64,000 bases of DNA from Patescibacteria group bacterium (lineage in GTDB: Bacteria > Patescibacteriota > Minisyncoccia > UBA6257 > JACRHW01), in assembly GCA_028865725.1 (NCBI GenBank), contig JAGWJP010000002.1:40050-104049 (forward strand), given 5' to 3'. The notes beneath the pieces are model-generated. The model did no database searches. It worked only from the letters and a program-made list of their open reading frames with translations, and was not told the origin of the DNA. Shown one piece after another: positions 10,448 through 19,752 of this stretch. The translations under genes and the position numbers were made by a program. Positions within the stretch are counted from its first letter, which is position 1. Each line of letters begins with the position of its first letter.

Positions 10448-10690
10448 TTATTTCGTAATGTCCTCCATTTTGTTACAGCACCCACCCTTACACCCTTCTC
10501 CCCCACATTGCGTCTTGCACATCATTCCCATCTTTCCAGCATGGAGTTTCAGAGGAATAGCGAGAATACCGAATGCTACTGCATTCATCCACCAAAATGA
10601 AGGATCGAATCCCCAAAACTCACCCGTACGCATTGCAATCCACATTCCTATTAATGACAACACGCCCAAAATCCAAAGCAACAACCCTAT
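10448..10690 (-). CDS. small two-TM membrane protein with Cys-rich tail
   Basis: ORF between the two tkt halves; two hydrophobic helices followed by CKTQCGGEGCKGGCC. Start taken at MIGLLLW. Confidence 0.35.
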   Translation of the reverse strand: MGLLLWILGVLSLIGMWIAMRTGEFWGFDPSFWWMNAVAFGILAIPLKLHAGKMGMMCKTQCGGEGCKGGCCNKMEDITK

Positions 10691-10863
10691 CATTTTTCTA
10701 CAGTGACACCGCGTATGCCATGCATCATGCATCATACTATTTAATTATTTATTCCTTATTTATTGCCCTATCGACCTTTCAATATTTTTTATAGCTGATA
10801 TCTGGCATCCCGGTAGAGAATACTTTTATACAAACAACCTGATATACAATACAAAATACTTGG

Positions 10864-11763
10864 TTACTCATGTTCAGCCACTATCTTCTCCTGCAACGCG
10901 CGTAGTTCCGCAAGCGCCTGCGTTGCTTGTTCTTTATTCGGAGGTTTTCCATGCCACGCAAAATCATTTTCCATAAATGAGACTCCCTTTCCGGGAATAG
11001 TGTGCGCAATAATCATTGTAGGTTTTTCAAAAATAGCTTTTGCCTCCGCAAGCGCACCAATAATATGAAAAAAATTATGCCCGTCAATCTCAATCACATG
11101 CCAATTAAACGACTCGTATTTCTTTCGCAATGGTTCGAGTGGCATCACATCCTCGGTAAATCCATCGATTTGAATATTGTTCCTATCCAATACTGCGGTA
11201 AGGTTGTGCAATTTATGTTTGCCCGCGAACATTAAGGCTTCCCACGTATTTCCTGCATCATGCTCTCCGTCTGACATAAGACAAAATATGCGATGCTTTT
11301 TGTGATCAAGTCGCGCAGCAAGCGCCATCCCAACCGCTTGAGATAATCCTGATCCCAGGGGACCGGAAGTACTCTCAAGTCCGGGCAATATCGTACGATG
11401 CGGATGCCCCTGAAGCCGACTTCCCACCTTGCGAAGCGTACCCAGTTCCCACTTTTCAAAATACCCTGCCTTTGAGAGTGTCGCGTAGAGAATAGGACAA
11501 ATATGGCCATTCGAGAGCACAAGACGATCACGGTTAGGATCATTGGGATTATTCGGATCATGGTGCATGACATGAAAATAAAGAGCGGTAAAAATATCCG
11601 CCATACCGAGAGGTCCCGCACTATGTCCCGATCCTGCTTCCACAAGCATTTCTATCACATCTTGTCGTAGCTCATTTGCAATGTTCTCGAGTTTATGAAG
11701 CGTAGAGTCGCTCAATGATGTCATAATTGAATTAACTGTGTAATAACTCTTGATATGCCTCAC
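10864..11763 (-). CDS. transketolase, N-terminal (TPP-binding) subunit
   Basis: 299 aa; GHSAGPLGMADI and GDGE TPP-binding motifs. Confidence 0.85.
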   Translation of the reverse strand: MRHIKSYYTVNSIMTSLSDSTLHKLENIANELRQDVIEMLVEAGSGHSAGPLGMADIFTALYFHVMHHDPNNPNDPNRDRLVLSNGHICPILYATLSKAGYFEKWELGTLRKVGSRLQGHPHRTILPGLESTSGPLGSGLSQAVGMALAARLDHKKHRIFCLMSDGEHDAGNTWEALMFAGKHKLHNLTAVLDRNNIQIDGFTEDVMPLEPLRKKYESFNWHVIEIDGHNFFHIIGALAEAKAIFEKPTMIIAHTIPGKGVSFMENDFAWHGKPPNKEQATQALAELRALQEKIVAEHE

Positions 11764-12373
11764 GGGGATTACTACTTTTCATAATGTAAGAAGCTGACAC
11801 TATCGTGTCGGCCCCCGCTTCTTGTATGCGTTTTGCGGTTTCTGGAGTCATCCCCCCATCTACCTCCAGTATACCACTTGGAAACATCTTGCGAAGTGCA
11901 TGAATTTTTTGAAGCGCCTCTTCACCAAATTTCTGCCCTGCCGCACCAGGATGCACTGCAAGCACCTGTACAAGATCCATCGGGGTACGCGGAAAAATGA
12001 AATTTTCAATTGACGCATGCGGTGCAAATGATATACCGAATTGAATATGCTTAGCAGTACACTTGTTCAGCAATTCGTTGGGATCAGAAACCGCGTCGCT
12101 TTGTACGATAATGCGCCCTACGCAGGGTTGCAACCACGAATCAATAGTCTTCTCGGGATTTCGAATCATAAGGTGAACCTCGAAAATGCTACGATCGGAA
12201 ACACGAGATAAATCGTAAGGATTATTCCACAAGGGATAGGTACTATAAAACCCGTCAGTAACATCGAGATGAACAAACCCTTTGTGTTCCGGGATATTTT
12301 GTTTTACAAATGCAAGCTGTTCTTGCACTCCTTCAAATGTTGCTGCGTTGATCGCTGGTATAACCTGCATCAA
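11732..12373 (-). CDS. rpe: ribulose-phosphate 3-epimerase
   Basis: 213 aa; HLDVTDG, HLMI, VDGG motifs of Rpe. Confidence 0.85.
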   Translation of the reverse strand: MMQVIPAINAATFEGVQEQLAFVKQNIPEHKGFVHLDVTDGFYSTYPLWNNPYDLSRVSDRSIFEVHLMIRNPEKTIDSWLQPCVGRIIVQSDAVSDPNELLNKCTAKHIQFGISFAPHASIENFIFPRTPMDLVQVLAVHPGAAGQKFGEEALQKIHALRKMFPSGILEVDGGMTPETAKRIQEAGADTIVSASYIMKSSNPREAYQELLHS

Positions 12374-12388
12374 TAAAAAATAAAACCT

Positions 12389-12823
12389 TTAAAACTTTGC
12401 CAATCTGCGCTTGTGCCGTTCCTCTTCAGAAAATGGTGTCTCGAGCCATAGCGCAATCACTGTAAATGCTTCCTCTTTACTCACGAAACGGGCGCCAAGC
12501 GAAAGAACATTTGCGTTATTGTGCGCGCGAGAAAGCCGAATAATCTCGTGAGATCCTCCATAATATACTGTTGCACGTACTCCCGGAATCCTGTTCGCCA
12601 CCATTGCTTCTCCCTCTCCCGATCCTCCTAATACAATACCCCTACTCGACTCATCTTGTGCGACCGCCTCTGCCGCGGGGCGAATAAAATCCGGATAATC
12701 ATCTCCGGGGTCAAAGGAAAACGCGCCGCAATCTTGCACCTCGTAGCCTTTTTCTAAAAGAAATGACTTGATACTCTCTTTAAGTTCAAACCCCGCATGA
12801 TCTGTTCCCAGGTATATTTTCAT
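12389..12823 (-). CDS. rpiB: ribose-5-phosphate isomerase B
   Basis: 144 aa; MKIYLGTDHAGFELK and GGSGEGE as in the RpiB/LacAB family. Confidence 0.85.
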   Translation of the reverse strand: MKIYLGTDHAGFELKESIKSFLLEKGYEVQDCGAFSFDPGDDYPDFIRPAAEAVAQDESSRGIVLGGSGEGEAMVANRIPGVRATVYYGGSHEIIRLSRAHNNANVLSLGARFVSKEEAFTVIALWLETPFSEEERHKRRLAKF

Positions 12824-12843
12824 AGAAAACAGAAAATAGAACC

Positions 12844-12899
12844 TAGAAAGTAGAATTTAGAATGGTGTCATGATATCTTTTTCTATGTTCTACTTTCTA
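12844..12899. promoter_or_regulatory. 12-bp inverted repeat with ~32-nt spacer between gap and rpiB
   Basis: tagaaagtagaa ... ttctactttcta; also short tagaa direct repeats. Confidence 0.3.
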
Positions 12900-12915
12900 T
12901 TCTCTACTTTCTTTA

Positions 12916-13926
12916 TTAGAATGTCTCGCCTGCTTTCAATATATGTTGCACAAGTGTCGCCACATATCCCCATTCATTATCATACCATGACACTACCTTC
13001 ACTAAATTACCGTCCACTACGCGCGTAAACTGCGTATCCACTATCGCACCGTATGGATCCTTTTGAATATCAGAGGATACTAATTGATCATCGCTTACCT
13101 TGAATATTCCTTTCCATCGCGACTGCTCTGCCGCATCTCGAAAAAGTGCATTCACTTCCTCCACAGTCGTATTGCGCTTTGTAAGACAAGTAATATCAGC
13201 GACAGAACCGGTAATCACGGGTACACGAAATGCAATACCGTCAAATTTTTCTTCCAAACGAGGAATAGCTCGCGCGACTGCAATGGCAGCGCCTGTCGAA
13301 GAGGGCACAATATTTTGTCCTGCGGCACGCCCTCTTCTGAAATCCTTTCCTCTTGTCGGACCGTCCACTAAGTTCTGGGTAGCCGTATACCCATGAATAG
13401 TGCTCAACATAGCTTTTTCTATTCCCAGTGATTCCTCTAAAACTTCCATAACGGGAGACGTCGCGTTCGTGGTACAAGACCCATTGGAGGAAATAAGACA
13501 TGTTTTTAACGCTTCATCATTGACACCCATTAACACCGTCTTCCCCCCTTCCACTCCATCGGCATCTTTTGCGGGAGCAGTGATCACTACTCTTTTTGCT
13601 CCTGCGTCAATATGCGCCTTTGCTTTTTCAAATGACTCAAAAAAACCAGTAGCTTCTACTGCGATATCAACGCCTAGTTCGCCCCAGGGAAGTTCGTGAG
13701 GATCTTTCACTTGAAATACCTTGATCGAGGTATCTTCTATCATCAAGTTTCCGTCGCGCACGTCAACATTTTTTTCATAACGCCCGTATACTGTATCGTA
13801 CTTCAATAAGTATGCGAGATTTTCAATATCTCCCAAATCATTAATTGCAACAATCTCTGCCTTATCCGACAGTTCACGAAATAATAACCTTCCAATACGC
13901 CCGAACCCATTAATAGCAATTTTCAT
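12916..13926 (-). CDS. gap: glyceraldehyde-3-phosphate dehydrogenase (type I)
   Basis: NGFGRIGR NAD-binding motif and catalytic SCTTN segment. Confidence 0.9.
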   Translation of the reverse strand: MKIAINGFGRIGRLLFRELSDKAEIVAINDLGDIENLAYLLKYDTVYGRYEKNVDVRDGNLMIEDTSIKVFQVKDPHELPWGELGVDIAVEATGFFESFEKAKAHIDAGAKRVVITAPAKDADGVEGGKTVLMGVNDEALKTCLISSNGSCTTNATSPVMEVLEESLGIEKAMLSTIHGYTATQNLVDGPTRGKDFRRGRAAGQNIVPSSTGAAIAVARAIPRLEEKFDGIAFRVPVITGSVADITCLTKRNTTVEEVNALFRDAAEQSRWKGIFKVSDDQLVSSDIQKDPYGAIVDTQFTRVVDGNLVKVVSWYDNEWGYVATLVQHILKAGETF

Positions 13927-13944
13927 AGTGAGGTAATGAATATG

Positions 13945-14868
13945 TTATGATCTTTGCGGCGTAATCAAGTAACTATAAATATCGAGAACTGCGCGTATGG
14001 CATCACCTGCCGCAATATTGTTTTGTTTATAAGGCATCGTCGTCACGTCTCCCGCCGCCCACACCCCAGAAACCGATGTTCTCCCGCGACTATCTACCTC
14101 GACTTCTCCATAAGGATTCAATGATACGAGTGTGCGTACTAATTCTGAATTTGGAATACTGCCGATCTCTACAAACACTCCGTCTACTTGAAGGGTATGC
14201 TGTTCTTTTGTGTCCGTATCCTCGTATATGAGTCCCGTGACAACTGTATCTCCTATTATTTCCTTCGTTGCCGCATTCAATAACACGGACACGCGCGGAT
14301 TACTTGCTACCTGTTCCTGGGTGACCGCATCCCCCTTGAGTGCCGCGCTCCTTTGTAACAAATAAATCTTGTTGGCATACGGAAATAAATCAATAACTGC
14401 TTCGAGACCTGCATTCCCTCCCCCTACCACCGCGACAGTTTTTCCCTGAAACAAGGGAGCATCGCAAATACTGCAATACACCACCCCTTTTCCATCAAGC
14501 TCTTTTTCTCCAGGTATCCCAAGTTTTCTTCTTCTTCCTCCTGTGGCAACAAGTACAGTCTTTGTTTCAAATTGATTTCCACGTTCTGTCATCACTGTAA
14601 ATTTGTCGTCGTGCTTCGCTACTGATGCGACGCGCTCCCCCGTCTTTACTTCTACGCTTTCCTGCGCACGAAGATGCTGTTCAAGCGCAATAGAGAGATC
14701 GTATCCAGATATAGAACGCGTCCCAATCCAATTTTGAATATCCTGCGATACCACAGACTGCCCTCCAAATTGATCGGCAAGTACCAATGTATTTAATTTT
14801 TTCCGCGCAGCATATACTCCTCCCGCCGCCGCCGCAGGACCTCCGCCTATGATAATAAGGTCGTACAT
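13945..14868 (-). CDS. trxB: thioredoxin-disulfide reductase-like flavoprotein
   Basis: Two GxGxxG/A dinucleotide motifs (IIGGGPAAAAGG, VVGGGNAGLEA) and a CxxC (CSIC) redox centre. Confidence 0.75.
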   Translation of the reverse strand: MYDLIIIGGGPAAAAGGVYAARKKLNTLVLADQFGGQSVVSQDIQNWIGTRSISGYDLSIALEQHLRAQESVEVKTGERVASVAKHDDKFTVMTERGNQFETKTVLVATGGRRRKLGIPGEKELDGKGVVYCSICDAPLFQGKTVAVVGGGNAGLEAVIDLFPYANKIYLLQRSAALKGDAVTQEQVASNPRVSVLLNAATKEIIGDTVVTGLIYEDTDTKEQHTLQVDGVFVEIGSIPNSELVRTLVSLNPYGEVEVDSRGRTSVSGVWAAGDVTTMPYKQNNIAAGDAIRAVLDIYSYLITPQRS

Positions 14869-14927
14869 AAAAAAATCTAAGAACTGGATCGGGAAAAAAA
14901 TTTATTCCGGATCCTGCATTCTTAATG

Positions 14928-15155
14928 CTAAAGTTTTAATAGTTCACGCAGTTTCGGTTCATTAAAACCAAGAACGACCGTGCCATCAATATCGATTACA
15001 GGGACACCCTGCTGGTGGGACTTATTGAACATCTCTTCCCGCGCGCTAAGATCTTCGAGCACATTAAACTCTTTGTATTCAACGTTGTTTTTCTTAAAAA
15101 ATTCTTTTGCCATTTTGCAATAGACACATGTGGGGGTGGTATATATTAAGACCAT
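14928..15155 (-). CDS. glutaredoxin-like protein (YruB/NrdH family)
   Basis: 75 aa; TPTCVYCK CxxC motif in a thioredoxin fold. Confidence 0.7.
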   Translation of the reverse strand: MVLIYTTPTCVYCKMAKEFFKKNNVEYKEFNVLEDLSAREEMFNKSHQQGVPVIDIDGTVVLGFNEPKLRELLKL

Positions 15156-15176
15156 ATGTTTGAAAATTGATAAGTA

Positions 15177-15485
15177 TTATTTTCCACTTTTTATTTTTAA
15201 TTTGCGTTCGAGAAGAGCAATACGCGCAAGCGCGTCTTCAAATTCATCGCGATAGACAACGTGACGTTTAAGTTCTGCGACATCGCGCGAAACCGTTTCG
15301 ATCTCTGCGTTCAAGTGATGAAGCTCTACTTCTACTTTTGTGAGGCGTGTTTCCACACCATCAAGGCGTGTTTCCACACCATCAAGGCGTGTTTCCACAC
15401 CATCAAGGCGTGTTTCCACACCATCAAATCCTCGCTGAACCATCCCAGCAAGATCATCAAGAGTGATTCGTTTTGTCTTGTTCAT
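15177..15485 (-). CDS. hypothetical coiled-coil protein with tandem heptad repeat DGVETRL x4
   Basis: ORF contains four perfect 21-bp tandem repeats encoding DGVETRL; start taken at MNKTKRITL (15485). Confidence 0.5.
   Translation of the reverse strand: MNKTKRITLDDLAGMVQRGFDGVETRLDGVETRLDGVETRLDGVETRLTKVEVELHHLNAEIETVSRDVAELKRHVVYRDEFEDALARIALLERKLKIKSGK
15343..15426. repeat. 4 perfect tandem copies of a 21-bp unit (aggcgtgtttccacaccatca)
   Basis: Direct reading of the sequence. The repeat is in-frame within the ORF 15177..15485 (DGVETRL x4). Confidence 0.9.
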
Positions 15486-15531
15486 AGTTTTAGTATAGCA
15501 AATTTTTTTTCCCTCAAAAATACCCAATCTC

Positions 15532-16266
15532 CTACTTGAGCGCGGCATCAATTACTCGCTCGAAATCCGAGGGAGGAAGTGCTCCTACCAGTATTTTTCC
15601 ATTAATAAAGAACGTGGGCGTCCCCTCTACTCCTAGCGTGCTTCCGTCTGCTGCGTCAGCCTTGATTTGATCTGCGTGAATATGCTGACTGATACATTGA
15701 CTAAATTGGGTCATATTGAGTCCGGTAGCGTGTGCCCATGCGATGATGTCATCATTCGTCGTAGTGGTAATCGTACCTTCCCCCAACTTGTTTTGCTCTC
15801 CAAAAATACGGTCATGCATCTCCCAAAACTTTCCTTGATCATTCGCGCAGAGGGCTGCTTCTGCATAGGGAACTGCCATTGGGTGAATAGAAAGGGGAAA
15901 ATTACGATACACAAACTTCACCTTGCCCGTATCAATATACTCCTTTTTAAGCGCGGGGAATGTATCCCTCCAAAATACCCTACAAAATGGGCACTCAAAA
16001 TCACTAAACTCAACTACTGTCACTGATGCATTTTTGTTACCGAGCGCCACGCCGCCACGATTCAGTACTTCCATGTCAACCGGCTGCACTGTTGGTGTAG
16101 TGGCACCATGGTCTGGCGAGACGCCTAAATTGTGAACAGAATAATACGCTGCAGAAAAAATAATACTTCCTCCCAAAATCGCGGCAGCAAGAATAAGTAT
16201 ATTTGAAGAATCATTATTGTTTTTTATTTCATTCATAATGAGAGAATATATCTTAGTGTACCACAA
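15532..16266 (-). CDS. DsbA-like thiol:disulfide oxidoreductase (membrane anchored)
   Basis: N-terminal TM helix; CPFC active site (FECPFCRVFW) in a DsbA-like thioredoxin domain. Confidence 0.7.
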   Translation of the reverse strand: MWYTKIYSLIMNEIKNNNDSSNILILAAAILGGSIIFSAAYYSVHNLGVSPDHGATTPTVQPVDMEVLNRGGVALGNKNASVTVVEFSDFECPFCRVFWRDTFPALKKEYIDTGKVKFVYRNFPLSIHPMAVPYAEAALCANDQGKFWEMHDRIFGEQNKLGEGTITTTTNDDIIAWAHATGLNMTQFSQCISQHIHADQIKADAADGSTLGVEGTPTFFINGKILVGALPPSDFERVIDAALK

Positions 16267-16400
16267 AATTCATAAATACAAATTTTCTCTCTCCATTAGA
16301 CATTGATTATTTATAAAACGATCGTTATGTAATTTATGGTGACATGCACCCTATAATCACCCGCCCATACCGGATTACCTCTCTGAAGTTTTCCGAATAA

Positions 16401-16428
16401 CAAAAGCCCCCGTCATAAGACGAGGGCG
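16401..16428 (-). terminator. Rho-independent terminator after the 1116-aa surface protein gene
   Basis: On the minus strand: gccctcgtc-ttatga-cgggggc followed by ttttgtt. Confidence 0.55.
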
Positions 16429-16476
16429 TTTGTATCTGGTTTTGAGCTACCAGAAAACTATCCTCAACTCACGCTA

Positions 16477-19400
16477 TTAGAAGCTGAAGTTGCTGACCTG
16501 ACCGTTTATTGGAGTGACCACAATTGGATTGATAGATGCATTAGAAACACCATCATTCCATGAAGCGGCCTGAAGGTTAATCTGGTAAGAGCGTGTGCCT
16601 GTTGTGGTTAACAAGTTTGTTGCGCTACCAAGATTAGCCTTTACGATCAAGTACTGTGTCGAACCCTTTGCAACAGTCCACCCCGTAGAACCATTAAGTG
16701 TCACTACGTAAGTGTTTGTTGATGTTGCGGTCGATGTTCCAAGCGTAGTGGATGGAGCATCGCTACCATACACTGTCAACGCTACGGAAGATGAACTCTG
16801 AAGCAATGAACCTGCCATGCTGAGTGAAACAGACTTCACGACGACATCATGGTTTGCACCCGCGGTGATGTTGAATTGACCAACAATCGATCCGTCAGAC
16901 AAACCTGCTGGTGAAGTGAAGGAAGGTCCTATAGCAGGCACCATTGATGTCTGGTAGATGGTAAACGTTGCTCCGGTGTTTACAGCCAATGCAACGCTTG
17001 CATCTGATCCTGACATGTGGCCTTGTGCAGTGATAGAAGGAATACCTACGTACACTGTATCTGCAGAAGTTGCGCCACCCGTCTGATCGTTCATATCAGC
17101 CACAACATTCAAGTTTATGTAGCTGTTCTGAGGAACATTAAGTGGTGTGCTGAGAGTAAAGGTGGTTGTTGAGCTTGCTGCTGAAATACCAGAAACCGCT
17201 GAACCAACCTGAGTCGTACCGCTCATCAAGCGAAGGTTCTTGATGTCGTTTGCAGATGATGCATGGACATCAACACCCAAAGAGGTGACATCAACAGACT
17301 CGCTGTTGCTCGTCTCTGAAAGCTTGAAGCTTCCAAGAACTACGCCAGAAACTCCCATACCGACCTGTTGGGTCTGTATAGACGGGGTTGCTAATGCAGA
17401 GGTTAATGTACCCGCCGAATTTACCGTGACACTCTGACCGGCAACAGATGTTCCTGTTGCAGTACGAGTGGTATTTGTAGAAGCTCCTGTTCCCTGTGCG
17501 GTTGTCAAACTTACAACCGTCGATGCAGAGGAGGTTGCTCCCGAAACGGTGTCAGCATACACATCTACTACGATCTGACCACCTGTCGCGATTGCGATTG
17601 GTGCAGATGGAGAAACGGTGAATGCCGATGTTGTTACCGTTGCCTGTGTAGAACCAACCTGCGTGCCACCCACCATCACCTTCATATTCTGAAGATGACC
17701 TGCAGTTGAACTTGGGGTAAGCGTAAGGCTTGTTACATTAATGCCTTCTGCAGGACCTGCAGTAAGCGTAAATGAACCCACGCGTACTCCCATTGCACCC
17801 GCCACGGTAGAAATTGAACCCACTGCGTTGTTCTTTGCCGCTACAAACGGTGCAGAAGATGCACTGAGTGCATTTCCTGAATGCGTTGTTGTATCGGTAA
17901 TCGCTGCAAGTGAAGTATATCCCTGACCCGTAATGGATGTGATACTGCCTGTTACGCTACCCGCATACGCAGCAGCAATGTCTGCAATAACCGACAATTT
18001 GCGTGTTGTATTTGCTGGGATAATGTAGTTCAGGTTAGTAAGCGCATTTGCTTTTGACGTTCCCACTGTAGCGCCCGCAGTAACGGTGGTACCAATCTGG
18101 ACACCCTGATCATCTACGAGCTTTAGGTTATTCCATACGGTTGTTTCTGCACCGGAAGTATAACTTCCGATTTGATACGTAAGTGCAGTAATTCTCACAG
18201 GCTCACCATTTGCCTGGAAGTCAAATGTGGCAAGTGTTGCGTTTGTTGCACCTGCTGCAACGTAGTTATTTGGAGATGCTGCATCCTTGTTTACCACAAG
18301 AGTACCTGCATTCACCGTTACTTGTGTCGCAGAGATTGGGAATGATACCTGTGCCAACACTGATGCGCCTACATTGTAGGTCATGTCTGTTGCAACCACA
18401 TCATACGAGCGCTGGATAGTGAACGTCATATGGCGATTCACACCACCAACCACATCTGCGTACACAGAAAGATTTACCGTCTGACCTGAAGCAATCTGTA
18501 AAGGATTCTTGGAGAGGTCAAACACCGCCGTTCCGTCTGCATTCAAGTTTGCGAGTGTTGCACCTACCTGGGTGGTTCCATTCATAAGCTTGATATTTGC
18601 GAGATCGGTTGAAGCATTAATCGTATCATTCTCTGTGAGTTTGATAGACTTCACGCTTACTGCGCTGTTTGCAGAAACAAATGAGAACTGACCTGCCAAG
18701 AAGTTTGTTGTTCCGGCATTTACTGAACCACCTGTTGAAAGGTTGTTAAGGGTCAACGTTGCGAGTGATGGATTTGAAACCGTCACCGCCGTCATCTGGT
18801 TTCCTGTCATTGGGAAGGAGCCTGAGACACTCGTAGAAGCGGTGATATCGGAAGCCGAGTTCACGCCAAATGCGAATGTTTTTGAAGCACCCGTTGTTGC
18901 AATATCAGCAGCTACTGTGATCAAGCGTGTTTGGCCTGCTTTCACAGTAAACAACCCCGAGCTGAGAGAGAACTGTACTTTTCCATTTGACAACCCGATG
19001 TTTGTGGCGAGCACGGTGCTACCATCCATCAAGTATACATTCGATACGTCATTATCGCTCGAAAGTCCCGAACGATATACGTTCATTGCGGTCACAGTGG
19101 TGTCGCTTGAACCGCCCACAACTTTCAACACCATGAAAGGAATTTTACTTCCTCCTGCAGGGAAGTTCCCTGCTGCAGGGTTTGATGCATCGACAGAAAC
19201 TGTCAATCCATTTCCTGTTGGAGCTGGAGTTGTCGTTCCTGTGGTCGTTGTTGTTGTCGTTCCTGTGGTCGTTGTTGTTGTCGTTCCTGTGGTCGTTGTT
19301 GTTGTTGCGGTCATAGACGCAAATGCCTTCTGCGAAATAGGACCGAAATAACCTGCTGCAGGAGATACTCCCTTTGCAGCTTGCCATTTTGCTACTGCCG

Positions 19401-19752
19401 CTTTGGTCAAAGAACCAAAGTATCCTGTCGCAGGCACTGCGAGATAGCCATCGCTATGCAATACCCCTTGTAAGCAGGTGACATCATTACCACGTGAACC
19501 TACGGTGAGGCTTCGTGAGAATGAGCATGCTGCAGATGCCGTACTTGCACCTGTTGATGCGCTGAGCTGCGCTTGTAACGCAGTGATCTGTTGCAACAAC
19601 GATGCAATCTGAGCCTGAAGCTCTTCAACAGTTGCAGCTTTCGCAACAGTTGGAAGCGCTAATGCTGCCCCGGAAAGCCACATCGCAGTGGTCAATGAAA
19701 GTCCGATTGCGATTACTTTCGCAGCAGTCTTTTTGAATTTGTTGTTACCCAT
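16477..19752 (-). CDS. large secreted surface protein: signal peptide, N-terminal peptidoglycan-binding domain, poly-Thr linker, ~850-aa Ig-like beta-rich repeat region
   Basis: Start at MGNNKFKK (19752) with signal peptide; PG_binding_1-like segment (GSRGNDVTCLQGVLHSDGYL...GYFGSLTKAAVAKWQ); (T/G)-rich linker; long Ser/Thr/Gly/Val-rich beta repeats. Confidence 0.7.
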   Translation of the reverse strand: MGNNKFKKTAAKVIAIGLSLTTAMWLSGAALALPTVAKAATVEELQAQIASLLQQITALQAQLSASTGASTASAACSFSRSLTVGSRGNDVTCLQGVLHSDGYLAVPATGYFGSLTKAAVAKWQAAKGVSPAAGYFGPISQKAFASMTATTTTTTGTTTTTTTGTTTTTTTGTTTPAPTGNGLTVSVDASNPAAGNFPAGGSKIPFMVLKVVGGSSDTTVTAMNVYRSGLSSDNDVSNVYLMDGSTVLATNIGLSNGKVQFSLSSGLFTVKAGQTRLITVAADIATTGASKTFAFGVNSASDITASTSVSGSFPMTGNQMTAVTVSNPSLATLTLNNLSTGGSVNAGTTNFLAGQFSFVSANSAVSVKSIKLTENDTINASTDLANIKLMNGTTQVGATLANLNADGTAVFDLSKNPLQIASGQTVNLSVYADVVGGVNRHMTFTIQRSYDVVATDMTYNVGASVLAQVSFPISATQVTVNAGTLVVNKDAASPNNYVAAGATNATLATFDFQANGEPVRITALTYQIGSYTSGAETTVWNNLKLVDDQGVQIGTTVTAGATVGTSKANALTNLNYIIPANTTRKLSVIADIAAAYAGSVTGSITSITGQGYTSLAAITDTTTHSGNALSASSAPFVAAKNNAVGSISTVAGAMGVRVGSFTLTAGPAEGINVTSLTLTPSSTAGHLQNMKVMVGGTQVGSTQATVTTSAFTVSPSAPIAIATGGQIVVDVYADTVSGATSSASTVVSLTTAQGTGASTNTTRTATGTSVAGQSVTVNSAGTLTSALATPSIQTQQVGMGVSGVVLGSFKLSETSNSESVDVTSLGVDVHASSANDIKNLRLMSGTTQVGSAVSGISAASSTTTFTLSTPLNVPQNSYINLNVVADMNDQTGGATSADTVYVGIPSITAQGHMSGSDASVALAVNTGATFTIYQTSMVPAIGPSFTSPAGLSDGSIVGQFNITAGANHDVVVKSVSLSMAGSLLQSSSSVALTVYGSDAPSTTLGTSTATSTNTYVVTLNGSTGWTVAKGSTQYLIVKANLGSATNLLTTTGTRSYQINLQAASWNDGVSNASINPIVVTPINGQVSNFSF
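19232..19303. repeat. 3 perfect tandem copies of a 24-bp unit (gtcgttcctgtggtcgttgttgtt) encoding the poly-Thr linker
   Basis: Direct reading of the sequence; encodes TTTTTGTT repeats in the 1116-aa protein. Confidence 0.9.

Noticed and set aside
15343-19303. Possible CRISPR arrays (21-bp x4 and 24-bp x3 repeats)
   Set aside because: The repeats are perfectly tandem with no intervening unique spacers, and they sit in-frame inside coding sequence. This is a satellite-type coding repeat, not CRISPR.
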